DNA of 64,000 nt from Emiliania huxleyi CCMP1516. Lineage: Eukaryota. Below, one piece after another: positions 1 to 13,209 of this stretch. The DNA lies in the NCBI RefSeq assembly GCF_000372725.1, contig NW_005201192.1, forward strand, positions 558,001 through 622,000, written 5' to 3'. The position numbers and the translations under genes are program-made. Under the pieces are notes generated by a model. The model had not been told where the DNA came from, made no database searches, and saw only the letters and a program-made list of their open reading frames with translations. Each line of letters starts with the position of its first letter. Position 1 is the first letter of the stretch.

Positions 1-125
1 TGCCCGGGCGGTGTCCGGTGCGGAGTCTCCTTCTGATCCCGCCTGTGATGTTGGGTGTGAGGTTGTGGCGGCTTCGAACCCAAGGGGGGGAGCTGATCCC
101 ACTCAGTAACCAACTCTCAGGGGCA

Positions 126-250
126 GTAGGTGGGCGAGCCTCGAGCGCGCTCATCTCGATCGTCAAGGTGTCGCTACGCGCGGTCTTCCGCGGGGGGAGC
201 TTCGTCGACGGGTGCGGGACCGCGGCGCAGCCAGCGTTGCGGCGATGCCT
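126..250 (-). mobile_element. Fragment matching the 3' end of the SINE-like element at 48737-49296
   Basis: 126-250 is a near-identical reverse complement of ~49153-49277 (gaggcatcgccgcaacgct...gctcgcccacctac). Confidence 0.7.
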
Positions 251-643
251 CACGTACATTCCCGGAGGAGGACTGCTGACAGGGTTTGCGATGAGGAGTG
301 ACCCGAAGGGTTTCTCGGGGTTAGTGCACCACTAACCGCCTCTGCAAGAGCACTACGCCTCAGCGGGCTCATACTTTTCAGGCCCTCCAAATTCGGGTCG
401 GAGCGTAGGCCGTAGCGGAGTGGGACCCGAGTTTGAAAAAGGCGACGGACGCTTGCGTCCTAGCCTCCAACAACGCCTCCCCGGCGCAGAGGGGCCCCCG
501 GAGGGATGCTCAACCGCCCCGCGCCACGCCGGTGGCGGGGGCGGATTCGCACATCGTTTTCTTTTTTTCGGAGGAGGATCCGGAGGAGGACATAGAGCAT
601 CGCACGGACTGGCCCTCTCAGCCCCTTGTCGCTGGCCCCGATT

Positions 644-1806
644 ATGAGCAGCAAGGCCCTCGACCAGCCCACCCGCTCCTTTCCCGTTAGCACGAGCGCC
701 GAGCGCGCCGCCGGCTTCCTCGCCGCGTCCGTCTTCTCGCTTGTGTACGTGGTCGCGCCAGTTTGGCTGCTTGCGGCTCTCGTGTCTGTCTTTGCGAGCG
801 GGCTCACCTCTCTATCCACGCTGCTGCTATGGGCTCCGCTGCTCGTCTCTGCGCTGCTGCCCGACACGGGCGGTAGCATCAGCCCGATCGTGCTCTGCTC
901 GTGGCCGGTGCGGCAGATTCCAAAGTACTTCCGCTACGAGGAGTTCCACGAAGCGACCGATCGTGAGCTGCGCGCCACCGGAAAGAGCTACGTCGTCGGC
1001 GCCCACCCGCACGGCGTGTTCTCCTTTGTTGGCGTCTGCGCCGCCATCGCAAGCATGAACGACGCCGAGGGAGGGTTCGGGCCGAGGCTCGCCCAGCACG
1101 TGCCCACGGCTGCCGCGTCGGTGCTCAAGGTGTTTCCTCTCCTGAAGGATGTGCTCGGCGTCTTCGGCGTCATCCCCGCCGACGGCAAGACGCTTGCTCG
1201 CCGCCTGCAGAAAGGCTCCTTCGTCCTGTACATTGGCGGGATGGCGGAGCTCTTCCGCAGCAGTCCGAGGCGCGAGACCGTCTTCCTGCAGGTGCCCCCT
1301 TGCTGATCCTAACACGCACATGCACATGCAACATGCAACATGCAACATGCACATGCACATGCACATGCACATGCACATGCACCCACTCCTCCTCTACTCC
1401 TTCCCTGGTCGCAACCCCTACCCTGACCCCAACCCCCTCCCCAGCCCAGGGGAGGAAGGGCTTCATCAAGCTGGCGCTCAAGTCGGGCGCAGATGTCGTG
1501 CCGGTGTACCTCTTCGGAAACACGACCGTCCTCAAGGCGCTCACCTGGGGCCCGCTCGCCGACTTGTCGCGCAAGCTCGGCGTCTCAGTGACGCTCTTCT
1601 GGGGCCGCTTCGCGCTGCCGGTGCCAAAGGAAGTGCGGCTGACGTACGCCCGCGGCCGGCCTCTCGGCCTCCCACACATCGCCGAGCCGTCGCAAGCCGA
1701 CATCGACCACTGGCACGCAAAGTACTGCGAGGCGCTGCTGCAGCTGTTCGATCGGTACAAGGGCACGAACCCCGACTACAAGCACAAGACTCTCGCGATT
1801 GAGTGA
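644..1806 (+). CDS. Diacylglycerol/monoacylglycerol acyltransferase (DGAT2/DAGAT family); 2 exons, 644-1291 and 1450-1806
   Basis: HPHG motif, N-terminal hydrophobic segment, YIGGMAE, and RKGFIKLAL..GA.VVPVYLFG motifs. The GT-AG intron 1292-1449 joins the two ORFs in frame. Confidence 0.9.
1316..1382. repeat. (ACATGC)n/(AACATGC)n intronic microsatellite
   Basis: Visible tandem units inside the DGAT2 intron. Confidence 0.95.
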
Positions 1807-2573
1807 TGCGGGCGCATCTCCGGCAACGTGGTTGTATGGACGTGTAGTAGTCAGTACGGAGTTGCTTGGGCTTGGGGCTGGATTGCCAGGTCTGTTTGTC
1901 TCGCTTCCCGCCGTCCCAAGTGTTGATGTGCCTACGGCTCACAGGGAGCAGGGGGGGGGGGCTCCATGGGCTCGTGTCGTGAGACGATTACTCTCCCGTC
2001 TACGGCTTTTGGTGCTTTTGACATTGTATACCCGGTTTCAGCAACATAGGGCTCGCTCCACCCCTAATTCAAGGCAACAGGCACAAGGGCGACCACCGGG
2101 CGGCGAGCCGCTGGCGCGAAGAGCGCGCCAGCAAACAGGGTGCAAACAGCAAACACGGTCTTTCTCACCGCCGGACTCTGAAGGCGGCGAGGCGGAGCAG
2201 GCCGAGTTCGGCCTTGACGACGGCGCGTTTTGACTCGAGCTCGCGGAGCCGTTCGCTTGGTGTCTTGAGGAAGTCGGCCTCGTCAATTAGCATGTTGATG
2301 AGGGCATCGATGAGTGCCTCGCAGTCTGACGCTCGACCTTGTCACCCAGTGTCTATCTTCTCAGCGCAAACGAGCAAGCAAGCTCGCGGGAGACTTGATC
2401 GCGCTGCCGCCTCAGTGTTCCGGCTTTGAGGTGGGCAAACCCTGAGTCCAGCAACAAGGGCTAGGGCGACGACGGGTATGTGTCGCACGCGCGATATTTT
2501 CCTATGGTGAATAATGACGGCAAAACGGCGCCGCAACTTGCCCGCTTCGAGAGGGCAACCGGCCGCCACACAC

Positions 2574-5500
2574 ATGCTGGGCCCACCGCCCCTTGCACTG
2601 CTGCTCTATCTGGCGCAGAGTCCAGCTCCTCAGGTGAGCATTGGCGGCAGGACTCCGTCACCGCTTCCGACTCCACAGGCTTTGCTGCTGCCGCTGCCGC
2701 TCGCGTCGCCGACGCTGCCAATGCCGCTGTTGCAGCACACCCATCACCATAGGGGGCTGCAACAGAGCGGGCAGGGAGTAATCTTGGCTGTGTCTAGTCG
2801 TGAAGGCGACGGCAGGACGATCGAGATCTACGTCTCCACCGAATTCTCCTCGCTCAGCGTCGCAGTCATTGGAAGGTACGAAAGGGTGGTGGTCACTGCT
2901 GTTGGGGCTAACGGCGCCTTGGCACCGCTATTCGAGGATCCCAATCGCCAGTACTTTGGTATTGGGGCAATCACGTCGCCTCCACCATCATACTCAGCCG
3001 GGTTGGTTGCCCGGGTCCTCTTTTCCGAGGGCACGCCATCAGGGGCGATGAAGATTGACTACAGAAGCACAAGAACGCAAGTGACTTCTGTTGTACCTCT
3101 TCCCTTAGCGTCGCCACCGCCGCCACCTCCACCTCCACCGCCGAGGCCTTCACCGCCGCCGCCGGTGGCATCTCCCCCGCCACCGAGTCCATGGCTAGCG
3201 CGGCTGCCACCACCGTCGCCTCTTCCTCCGATTGCAGCCGAGCAGCTATATGCCCGCGCTTCTGGCAGAGTGCTAGAGGTGTACGCGTTGATTAACTTCA
3301 ACACGCTCAGCGTTGCCTTTACGAGGCCATTTGAGAGCATCGATGTCGTCGCAGAACTCGGAGATGGCACGCGCGCTGACAGCTTTCCGAGCGCGCAAAA
3401 CACCTTTGTCGGCATCGCAAAGCTCTCGGAAACGGATGCTGTCTTTTGTGCGGGGATGATAGCTCGGGCTGTATTTCCAGCGAGCACCGACATGGCATCC
3501 GTACGCATTGACTACAGCAGCACCAATACGTTTGTCTCCACCATCCAGCGCGGATGCCGAGCGTTGGACAAGCCACCTCGCCCGAAGCCGCCGCTGCCAT
3601 CTCCCCCGCCGCGTCCTCCACTGATACTGCCTCCGCCGCCTTCGCCTTCACCGCCGCCGCCGCCACCGTTACCGCCCCCGCCGTCGCCTCCACCGCCCCC
3701 GCCGTCGCCTTCACCGCCCCCGTCAGTGCGATCTCCAAAGCCCTCACTGCCGCCCCCGCCTCAACCCAAGCCGCCATTTCCTTCCCCCCCATCGCCGCCG
3801 CCGCCGCCACCACCACGGCCATCGCCGCCGCCACCACTGCCACCACCGCCGCCACCGCCTCCTCGCTCGCAGCAACCACCACCGCAAGCACCTGTGCCAC
3901 AGGGGTCGATTCTGGTGCGTTTCGACCGAAGGACCTACGTGGCTTGCGTGGGGCAAGTGGTCACCGTGCAATGGACTGGGCTCTATGCCATTTTTGAGAG
4001 AGAAACCCGGATAGACTGGAACTACTGCACAGGGGATGAGACAATTATCGAGCCGTACATGTGGACGAATTGGATCAAGACCTTCGCCAATGATGAGCTC
4101 TCTGCTGAGCCAGGCCAAGAGCGATACTTCACGTCGGGAAGAAATCAAGGGTGTAACGAGGGCAAGTTCGTCATAAGCTGCCCCCTACCCGAGCCACCGC
4201 CTCTGCAACGCCATTCGAACGCTCCACCCCCATCGCCCTTGCCTCTGCGACAAAGAATGAGTCCGCCACCGCCCTCACCAAGTCCACCAACACGAATGCT
4301 ACATCCGCCTCCTGACGCAAACAAGCCGCCGACGTCGCCCTCGCCACCACCTCCCCCGCCGCATGGTTGTGACTTCACGCTGGGCCGCACAAGGCTCGAC
4401 GGGTTCCTCGGCGAGGATGGCGGGGACTGGTGCTACACTGCCCTCAGAGGCCGCTACTACACCACGGTAGAGTACATCGAGGAGGACCGCATCGCGTGCG
4501 AGAGCTACTACCTCGACCCGGTCGACGACATCGACTATCCGGACGACTACGTGCCGGACTGCTCGGGTGGGTGCGCCCCCTGCCAATACCGTCACATCGA
4601 GGGCAAGTATCAGTGCAAGGCGGGGAGGCGGTGTCCAGTGGTCCTGCTGCACGGCATGGTCGACGGAAGGGCAATGGAGATCTACGTATCGATGGCCTTT
4701 TCCTCGGTCAGTGTCGCATTCCACGCACAGTATGAGAGCGTCGCAACTTCTACTGTGAGCACAAGCGGAGCTTTAGCAGACATTTACGAGGATCCTGACC
4801 GCTTCTTCTTTGGCATCGGCGAGATCACGTCGCCAGCGCCATCGTACCCGGCGGGGCTGGTCGCTCGAGTGCTCTTCCCCGAGAGCACGCCGCGAGAGGC
4901 GATGCAGATCGACTACGGTAGCGTCAAGACGACGATAGCTCCCACAGGTGACGAGGAAGTGATCACCTTCGTGCCATCGCCACCGCCACCCTCGATGTCA
5001 CCGCCGGCCTCACCGCCCAAGCCGCCGCCGCCACCGCCGCCACCGCCCAAGCCACCGTCCCCGCGACCGCCACCGCCGCCACCGCCGCCTCCGCCACCAC
5101 CGCCACCTCTGCCGCCGCCACCATCCCCCTCGCCGCCGCTATCCCAGCCGTCGCCACCGCCGCCTCTGCTGCCGCCGCCCTCGCCACCGCAGCCGCCGTC
5201 GGCTGAGCCTCATGGTTGTGACTTCACGCTGGGCCGCACAAGGCTCGACGGGTTCCTCGGCGAGGATGGCGGGGAATGGTGCTACACTGCCCTCAGAGGC
5301 CGCTACTACACCACGGTAGAGTACATCGAGGAGGACCGCATCGCGTGCGAGAGCTACTACCTCGACCCGGTCGACGACATTGACTATCCGGACGACTACG
5401 TGCCGGACTGCTCGGGTGGGTGCGCCCCCTGCCAATACCGTCACATCGAGGGCAAGTATCAGTGCAAGGCGGGGAGGCGGTGTCCAGTGGTCCTGCTGCA

Positions 5501-8500
5501 CGGCATGGTCGACGGAAGGGCGATGGAGATCTACGTATCGATGGCCTTTTCCTCGGTCAGTGTCGCATTCCACGCACAGTATGAGAGCGTCGCAACTTCT
5601 ACTGTGAGCACAAGCGGAGCTTTAGCAGACATTTACGAGGATCCTGACCGCTTCTTCTTTGGCATCGGCGAGATCACGTCGCCAGCGCCGTCGTACCCGG
5701 CGGGGCTGGTCGCTCGAGTGCTCTTCCCCGAGGGCACGCCGCGAGAGGCGATGCAGATCGACTACGGTAGCGTCAAGACGACGATAGCTCCCACAGGTGA
5801 CGAGGAAGTGATCACCTTCGTGCCATCGCCACCGCCACCCTCGATGTCACCGCCGGCCTCACCGCCCAAGCCGCCGCCGCCACCGCCGCCACCGCCCCAG
5901 TCCCCATCACCGGCACCGGTGGCGCACGAGTGCCTCTTCACCGTAAATCGCACAAGGCTCGACGGGTTCCTCGGCGAGGATGGCGGGGACTGGTGCCACA
6001 GCGCGATCACCGGCCGCTACTACACCACGGTAGAGTACATCGAGGAGGACCGCATCGCGTGCGAGAACTACTACCTCGACCCGGTCGACGACATTGACTA
6101 TCCGGACGACTACGTGCCGGACTGCTCGGGCGGGTGCGCTGCTTGTAAATACCAGGAGATCGACGGCCGCTACAAGTGCGCGGCTGAGAGGCGCTGCCCG
6201 CTCCCATCCGTTGTGGTTCTTGGCCCATGCAAACTCACCAACGACGGAGCCTGTGTCGCCAGCTCGGGCTTTCCTTCCAGCGACTACAGCGACGACGAAA
6301 ACTGCACCATCACCAACGTACCGCCAGTCCCTTTGAAAGTCGAAGCCTTTGACGTGGAGCCTGGGCTTTTGCACTGCCTGTTTGACTACCTTGCGGTGGG
6401 GGGTGTAAAATACTGCGGCACCTCAGGCCCAGGGGGAAGTGTGGCGCAAAACGGTACAATCCATTGGCGATCGGACTCCTCCATCGCCAATCGCGGCTGG
6501 GAGGTTTGCTGGGGATCTGCTCCAGCTCCACCACATCCACCGCTTTCGCCCCCGTCGCTGGTTTCGCCGCAATCGCCAGCCTCGCCACAGTCGCCGAGTC
6601 CACTGCCACCGCCCCCTTCACTGCTGCCAATTCCCTCGCAGCCTCCTCTCCTTCCTCCGCCTCCGCTGGTGCCCGGCCAACACAAACTGAGGGCAGTCTT
6701 CTTTTCGTTTACTGCCACCGCTGCAGCCGTCAACGCACGACTCGCCCCTCTGGACCCAGCCGGGCCGATTGACTCGTGCGCTTGCACCGGTAATCAGGGC
6801 AAGGCAAACTCGCAGGACTACTACCCCCGGCGAATGGGCGACTTCTGCGCGGCGTGGGACGCAGGAATGGACTACTGCACATGCCTTGGCGGCGGGAGCT
6901 GCAACGCCTCCTGGTGCCAGAGCCCATGGTGCTACGTGTCTTCGGCGTGCGAAGATGCGGCTATCGGCAGCTACTTCAATAACATTGACGGGCCGGCGTT
7001 ATACTACAGCTATGGCGCGTGTGGTGCCGTTGACACCTACACCGGCAATGGCAACGTCTCCGGAACAGGCACCGACACCCATGGGGCGTATGATGTCGTT
7101 CCTGCTGTCCGCAAGTTTTTAGGTAGCACTTGCACGGGCAACTTTGAGACGCAGCACATCGAACAATCAGACCTTGTCGCCGGCGGAATTCTCTCAGGGC
7201 CCGCCGCATGTGCCGGCACGGACCTTATTCTGAGACAGCTTAACAATTTGGAAGGTTGGGCTCTAGGGCCTGATGGCGTCTGTGTCACTTCACCAGACGG
7301 TAACGTATCGTATACCGTCGGGTGCTTTGAGCTGATGGGCTCGACAACTTATGGCTTCGAGGGTGACGTCTACACCGATGCTACTTGCGCCGTCGCGGTC
7401 CCAAACAACACATTTGACCTGTCGTTTGCGAATGTTCCCAGCGATGTTGCGGCCGTTGGTATGTGCTTGGCCGTTTACTCACAGGTCTACGCGTGCGTGT
7501 CGGCAGACACCGTCAGCCTCAAGGTCTTTGACTCCGCCTTGAGCTGCGGCGGAGGCACGGTTTTCAGCGGAAATTTGTCCGTGGGCGAATGCACACTTGT
7601 GAGCTACACGATCGGTGGTCAGCCGTACTCATACTACAGCAAGTTCATCTCGGTCAAGGGTTGCGCTCACTTGTTCCCTATCGAGCTGCCGTCGCCGTCG
7701 CCGATGTCGCCGCCGGCACCGCCGTCACCGCCACCGTCGCCGTCGCCGCCGTCGCCGTCGCCGCCATCGCCTTCCCTCCCGCTGTCACCGGTTTCGCCGC
7801 CGTCACCGTCGCCGCCCCTGCCGCCGCCGCATAGAGGCGTCCATTTGTACTCCACCAATAACTGCACCGGCGACCCTCAAAGCAGCCACAGCGTGGGAGA
7901 GTGCATCGCATCGTTCAGCTTTAGAGGTACTACGATTCGGTCAAAGGTTTCATGCCAGGGTGGCCAGCTGCTGCTGACAACTTACAGTGGCGGCACGTGC
8001 GACGACAACGTTGGAATTTTCCTCCGACCTGTACAACAGCAGGTTCAGATAGGCGACTGCCATTACGCGGGTATTGCCGGCTATGGCTCGTCCCTCCGCT
8101 TCGAAGATGACTGCGAAAGCCTTGCAGTCGGACCCGCACTGACCACCGCAACACCACCTTCGCCGACGCAGGTTTCGCCCCGACGCAGGTTTCGCCCCGA
8201 CGCAACACCACCTTCGCCCCCGACCCCGCCCTCACCCTTGATGCTGATGCCAACCTCAGCCTCGCGCGACACAGTTCAGAGTGCCATCATCTCGAGTCTC
8301 ACCTCCGCTAATGTCAGCATCACGGCCGAGCAAGTGTACACTTTGGTGGAGACTGCACTCGACGAGTGGTCAGTAGCCATCGTCGAGTCGGACGAGGCAT
8401 CGGCGGAGGCAATTGCGGAAGCGGTAGAGTCCGAGGCATTTCTGAGCGCGATGGCGGATGCTTTGGGACTTGGCATTACTCCCGTCACACTCCCCACCAT

Positions 8501-8811
8501 CGGACCGATCATCGTAGCACCGTCGCCCCCACGGGCGCCGCCGCCACCGTCGCCTCTGTCACCGCCCACGCTACCACCACCTGCATCTCCTTCGCCGCCA
8601 CCTCCATCTGGGCTACCACCGATGGCGCCGCCGCCTCCACTGACGCCGCCACCCTCGTCATCCCCGCCACTTGGGCCGCCACCCCGAGAGCCACCGCGTC
8701 CAACGCTGCCTCCGTATCCGCCCGACATGGCGCCCTTCCAGCCGCCTTTCCCGCCTGGCGCCACGCCCCTTCCTCCGCCCTCATTGCCGCCCTTCCCGCC
8801 TGGTAAGGCGC

Positions 8812-8842
<31 letters not shown>

Positions 8843-9764
8843 ATACCCGCCTAGTATGGTGCCCCTGCCGCCACTATTCCCACCTGGCGCTACACCACGG
8901 CCACTGCCCTCATCGCCACCTCATCCGCCCGGTAAGGCGCCCACACATCCCCCACCGCCGCCACCCTATCCTCCCGGTAAGACTCCGGCGCCTCCGCCCT
9001 TACCGCCTGGCGCCACGCCAACGCCTCCGCCCTCGTCGCCACCCTCGTCGCCACCCCTACCGCCGCCGCCCTCATCGCCGCCGTATCCACCCGGTGTTAC
9101 ACCTGCGCCCCCGCCACAACCGCCGTACTCTCCAGGTATGGCGCCGCAGCCGCTGTTGCCTCCTCTGGTGCCCGGCACACAAACGCTGTGGATAGTGTCG
9201 TGGTCCTTCGACGTCGGCGACGAAATTCGGCGACTGCGAAGCCTGGCCTCTTTCGAGGTGGGCGTGGTACGAGATGCCATCGTCTCGAGCCTCGCCTCTG
9301 TCGGTGTCGACATCACAGCCCAGCAAGTCGACACTCTGGTGGAGACTGACATCGACGAGTGGTCGGTGGTCATCGTCGAGTCGGACGAGGCATCGGCGGA
9401 AGAGGTAGTTGATGCAATCAGATCTCAAAAGTTCATGGACGCACTATCCATAGCTCTGGGTCGCAAGGTCGATGTCAAGGCCCCAACGATCACCTCGATG
9501 ATTGTGACGCCGCCCTCAGCACCTCCAAAAAACAGCGACGGGGCAGGGGCGGACGTTGGCCTCATCGTTGGATGCGTCGTCGGAGGCCTGGTGGGCTTGT
9601 GCACCATCGGGCTCCTCGTTTGGTACTGTTGCCGCCAGAAGCGGCCCGCCAGCACTGTAGGGGAGGAGCCGGGAGGCGGGTCGAGCGACAGCAGCCGCTT
9701 GCCGTGGTCAAAGCGGCCGGGTCACCCGCTCGATGAGCTCTTGGCTTCTTGGCTCAGGGTGTAA
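2574..9764 (+). CDS. Giant proline-rich (extensin-like) type I membrane protein with repeated Cys-rich modules and a CUB-like domain
   Basis: Single ORF of about 2400 aa. Signal-like start MLGPPPLALLLYLAQS, many SPPP linkers, a CUB-like segment (CVASSGFPSSDYSDDENC...FDYL...YCG...WRSDSS...GWEVC), and a C-terminal TM helix GLIVGCVVGGLVGLCTIGLLVWY followed by basic residues. Confidence 0.85.
4361..6200 (+). repeat. Intragenic tandem duplication (unit ~849 bp, two full copies plus a partial third)
   Basis: catggttgtgacttcacgctgggccgcacaagg at 4362 and 5211. A third Cys-module copy starts near 5925. The copies are nearly identical at DNA level. Confidence 0.95.
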
Positions 9765-9935
9765 GGTGATAGGTGTGGAGGTCAGGAGTCTCTCTTAGTC
9801 TTACGCTCGCGACACATTTTTCGCTCACATGTTTGCTGTTCATTGTACTGTCTCTCATTGTAAGATAAGGTATGGTAAGGTATGAACTTTTGTGAGGGCG
9901 AAGTGCGAACCGAAAGATATCGTGCGGTGTGACCC

Positions 9936-12900
9936 TCACACAAGAAAAAAACGACGGGCCAAGGCGCGATCTCTCCGCCGCCACGGCCGCCGCAAGCGGC
10001 CGGCACGAAATACATACGCGGCGGCCACGAGCGCGAGGAGAGCGCCCGCTGCGGCGATCGCAGCGACGATTGGTGCTGCGGACGGGCGCTGGGCGGCGGG
10101 CTCCGCCGGGGCCCGCAGCCGGATGATCTTGGATCCGAGCGACAAGAGGCCCTCGAGGTGAGAGAAGGCGTCGACGACAGCGTGGCGTGCATTGGCGGAG
10201 GTGAGCTTGGTGGCGCTGTACGCGGCGGCGTACGAGTAGATTTGCAGCTGGCGCGAGGAGGCGGCGGCCGTCTCTTGCGGAGCTGAGCGTGCGCCCGTGT
10301 GGTTGGGAGAGGGGTAGAGGCGCGCCCAACGCGGCTGTCCGTCCGCCTCCGCCTCCGCCACGTCGAGGGACAGCAGCAGCAACTCGTTGCCACCCTCGCG
10401 CAGCAACGGCCCGGGCACATAGAGCGAGCGTTGTGGGCCCTCTGGCAGCCAATAGCGACCGAGGTGCCAGCCGTTGACCCACGCCGTGCCATGCGCCCAG
10501 CCGCCGCCGAGGGCGAGCCAGGCGTCGGCGCCAGCATCAGCGGAGGGCAGCTCGAACGCGCCGCGGTAAAAAGTGGCGGTCGCGGCGCTGGGCGGTTGCG
10601 ACGACGGCAGCAACGACGGCAGCGACGGGGGCGAGTCCCGATCGCTGCCCTGCGCCAGGTGCAGCATCGCTCCAGCCACGCTAACAGCGACGCTGCCCGC
10701 GTCCAGCGCCACGCTGCCCGCGCCGAGCGCCACGCTGCCCGCGGTGTCGAGCAGGCCGGACGGTTGCCGCGCCGGCAGCCGGCGCAGCACGTCGAGCTGG
10801 GCGTCGTCAAAGGGCAGGCAGTGGGTGCGCCAGCCTGCCTGCCCGTCGGGGCCGGTGCGATTGAGCAGAGTGCCGTTCAGCCACACGCCGCCCAAGATGC
10901 CCTTTCGCTGGTCGAGCAGAAAGGTGCGCGAGAACCAAGGCAGGTCGACAAAGCCGACGCGGCCCAAGTTCTCGACGAGCAGCCGCAGCGTGCGCGGGTA
11001 CGGCCGCGGCGGCGGCATCAGCAGCCCCTTTGGGTCGGCGCGCCCCCACCCCTGCTGCCGGTACATCCGGCCGACGAACTCGCCGTCCACAAAGGCGAGC
11101 AGCCGGTCCCGCAGCCGCGAGACCTGCAGCGGCCCTCCGCCGCCCGCGGGAAGCTCTGTCTCGTACACAACGATGCCGTAGTCGCACCCGACCTCCTCCA
11201 TCGGCAGAGGCAGCTCGTCGCAGCAGCGCCCCCCGCCCGAGAGCGCGGCCAGCGTCTCCGCCTCCATCAGCCTCACCGCCTCGGGCAGCTCAACCTCGAC
11301 CGTGGAAGAGAGGCGGCGCGGCGGCGGCGGCTCCTCCCGCAGCGGCTGCGGCTCCGCGGGAGGGGGGGGGGGGCGAGAGGCGGACGGCGAGGACGAGGGT
11401 ACGCTAGACCCGCCACCCGACGGCGCCTCGAGCAGCACGCTCTGCAGGGCCGCGTACTTGTCTCCTCCCGCCTCGTCGAGCCCGTGCCCGCCGCCCTCGC
11501 CGATCGGCGCGCCGTAGTCGTACGACGGCGTGTCGGGCAAGTACATGCCGTCGGCGGTGTTTGCGCCGGCCCACCAGCCAAACGAAGTGCCGCCATGCGC
11601 CATGTAGAGCGAGACCGAGCCGGTGCCGCCGTTGACCGCCAGCACGCGCCGCAGCCTCTCGGCGACGTCCCGCGCGCGCTGTGCCGCCAGGTTTGGCCGC
11701 GCGGGCTCGCCCCAGTGCGCGAACCAGCCGACCCAGAGCTCGGAGCAGAAGAAGGGGGAGCGGCCGGGCGGGTTGAAGCTGCGCTGCGCGGCCCACGCGT
11801 CCTCGGGCACGTCGCACGAGTCCACCGTCGTGAGCACCTGCGACGAGCGGCGACGGCTCGGCGGCGGGAGAGCGTGAGGCCCTCTCCTCCTCTCAGAGCG
11901 TGAGGTGGGGGGGCGGCGCTCCTCGGAGCCGAGGCGAGAGGCGGAGGGCGAGAGGGTGCCGCGCGTGAGCTTTGCGAGGTCGTCCGGGTCCGACGTGAAG
12001 AGCTGCGCGCCGTCGCCTGCGGGACATGCCATGGACGTGTCGCGGAGACGTGTGCGCGGCGCGGCTGGAGAGCGGGGCAGGCGAGGCGGTGGAGTGCCGA
12101 GGTGGCGTCGCGCGAGGTCGGCGAGGCGCTCGAGGTAGCGGCGGTCTGCCTCGACCTCGGACACGTCGCCAAAGTGGCCGTACCTCAGGGCGGCGGCGGG
12201 AGAGGTGTGGAGCGGCTTGGCATATGCTATGGGTCCCAAGTATGGGTTCGGGACGTATTCACACCAGTGTGAAAGTAGCATATGCGGAGGGCTCTCTCTG
12301 CTCCCCTCTGCTCCTCTCCGCGTCTGCTCTCTCTGCTCTCTCTCTGCTCTCTCTCTCCGCTTTGATGCCGGGCGGTTTCTCCGGCAGCGACTAATACACG
12401 CGGGCGGAGGCTGGCGGCGCACTCGTTCTCGATCTGCACGAGCATGACTGGCCCTCCGTCGTCGAGCATCAGCCCCTCTCGCCGCAGCCGCGGCAGCAGC
12501 TCGCCCCACCAGCGCTCGACGTGACCCATGTACGGCTCTGCGTCGGTCCGCAGCTCGATGGGGCCGTCGCGGAGGAGCCAGGCCGGCAGCCCGCCAAACT
12601 CAAACTCGCCGCACACGTACGGGCCCGGCCGCAGCACCACGCGCAGCCCGAGCCCGTGCGCCAGCCGCAGGAAGCGAGGCAGGTCGCGAGAGGGCGAGTC
12701 GAGGTCGACCCGGGCGGGCCCGAGGCTGCTGGCGTTCCACGCCTGGTGGTAGTTCCACGGCACGTAGGTTTGCACCGCGTTCAGACCGAGCGCCGCTATC
12801 CGCGCCAGCCGGTCCTCCCACAGGTCGGGATGCACGCGGAAGTAGTGGACGCAGCCAGCCCGCACGGTGAAGTTCTGCCCGTCGAGCACGAACTGGTCCC

Positions 12901-12958
12901 GCTCGATCAGCAGCCGGGCGGGTGCGCTGCTGCCACCGAAGAGGGCGCCCAGGTCCAT
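9936..12958 (-). CDS. Glycoside hydrolase family 35 beta-galactosidase, multi-exon, with C-terminal TM anchor
   Basis: HYFRVHP..W.DRL, QTYVPWNYH, RPGPYVCGEFEFGGLPAWL, QIENE(Y), SELWVGWFAHWG, YMAHGGTSFG, SYDYGAPIGE, LVENLGRV and NGWHLGRYW..GPQRSLYVP are GH35 motifs. Confidence 0.92.
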
Positions 12959-13209
12959 GGACGTGTATCCTGCCGGGCGCCGAGAAGGAGGACAGCGCCG
13001 GCCCCGGCCGAGAAGGAGGTCGGACAGCGCGTTCCGAATTTCCGTGCCCCCTCTTTTCCCCTGTGGCTCGCCCCTTTGCCCACACCGCAACAAGGAATGA
13101 CACGAGCGCGGGAACGGGGGGGGGGGGGGGGGAGACGTAAAAATAAAAATAAAAAAGAAAGTTCCCGCGAGCGCGCGCTCCCCACACGCGGTCCGCGGTA
13201 AAGCTGACC

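Noticed and set aside
2165..2440. Short minus-strand coding-like fragment (ALIDALINMLIDEADFLK...)
   Set aside because: No clear start, splice structure or family can be supported.
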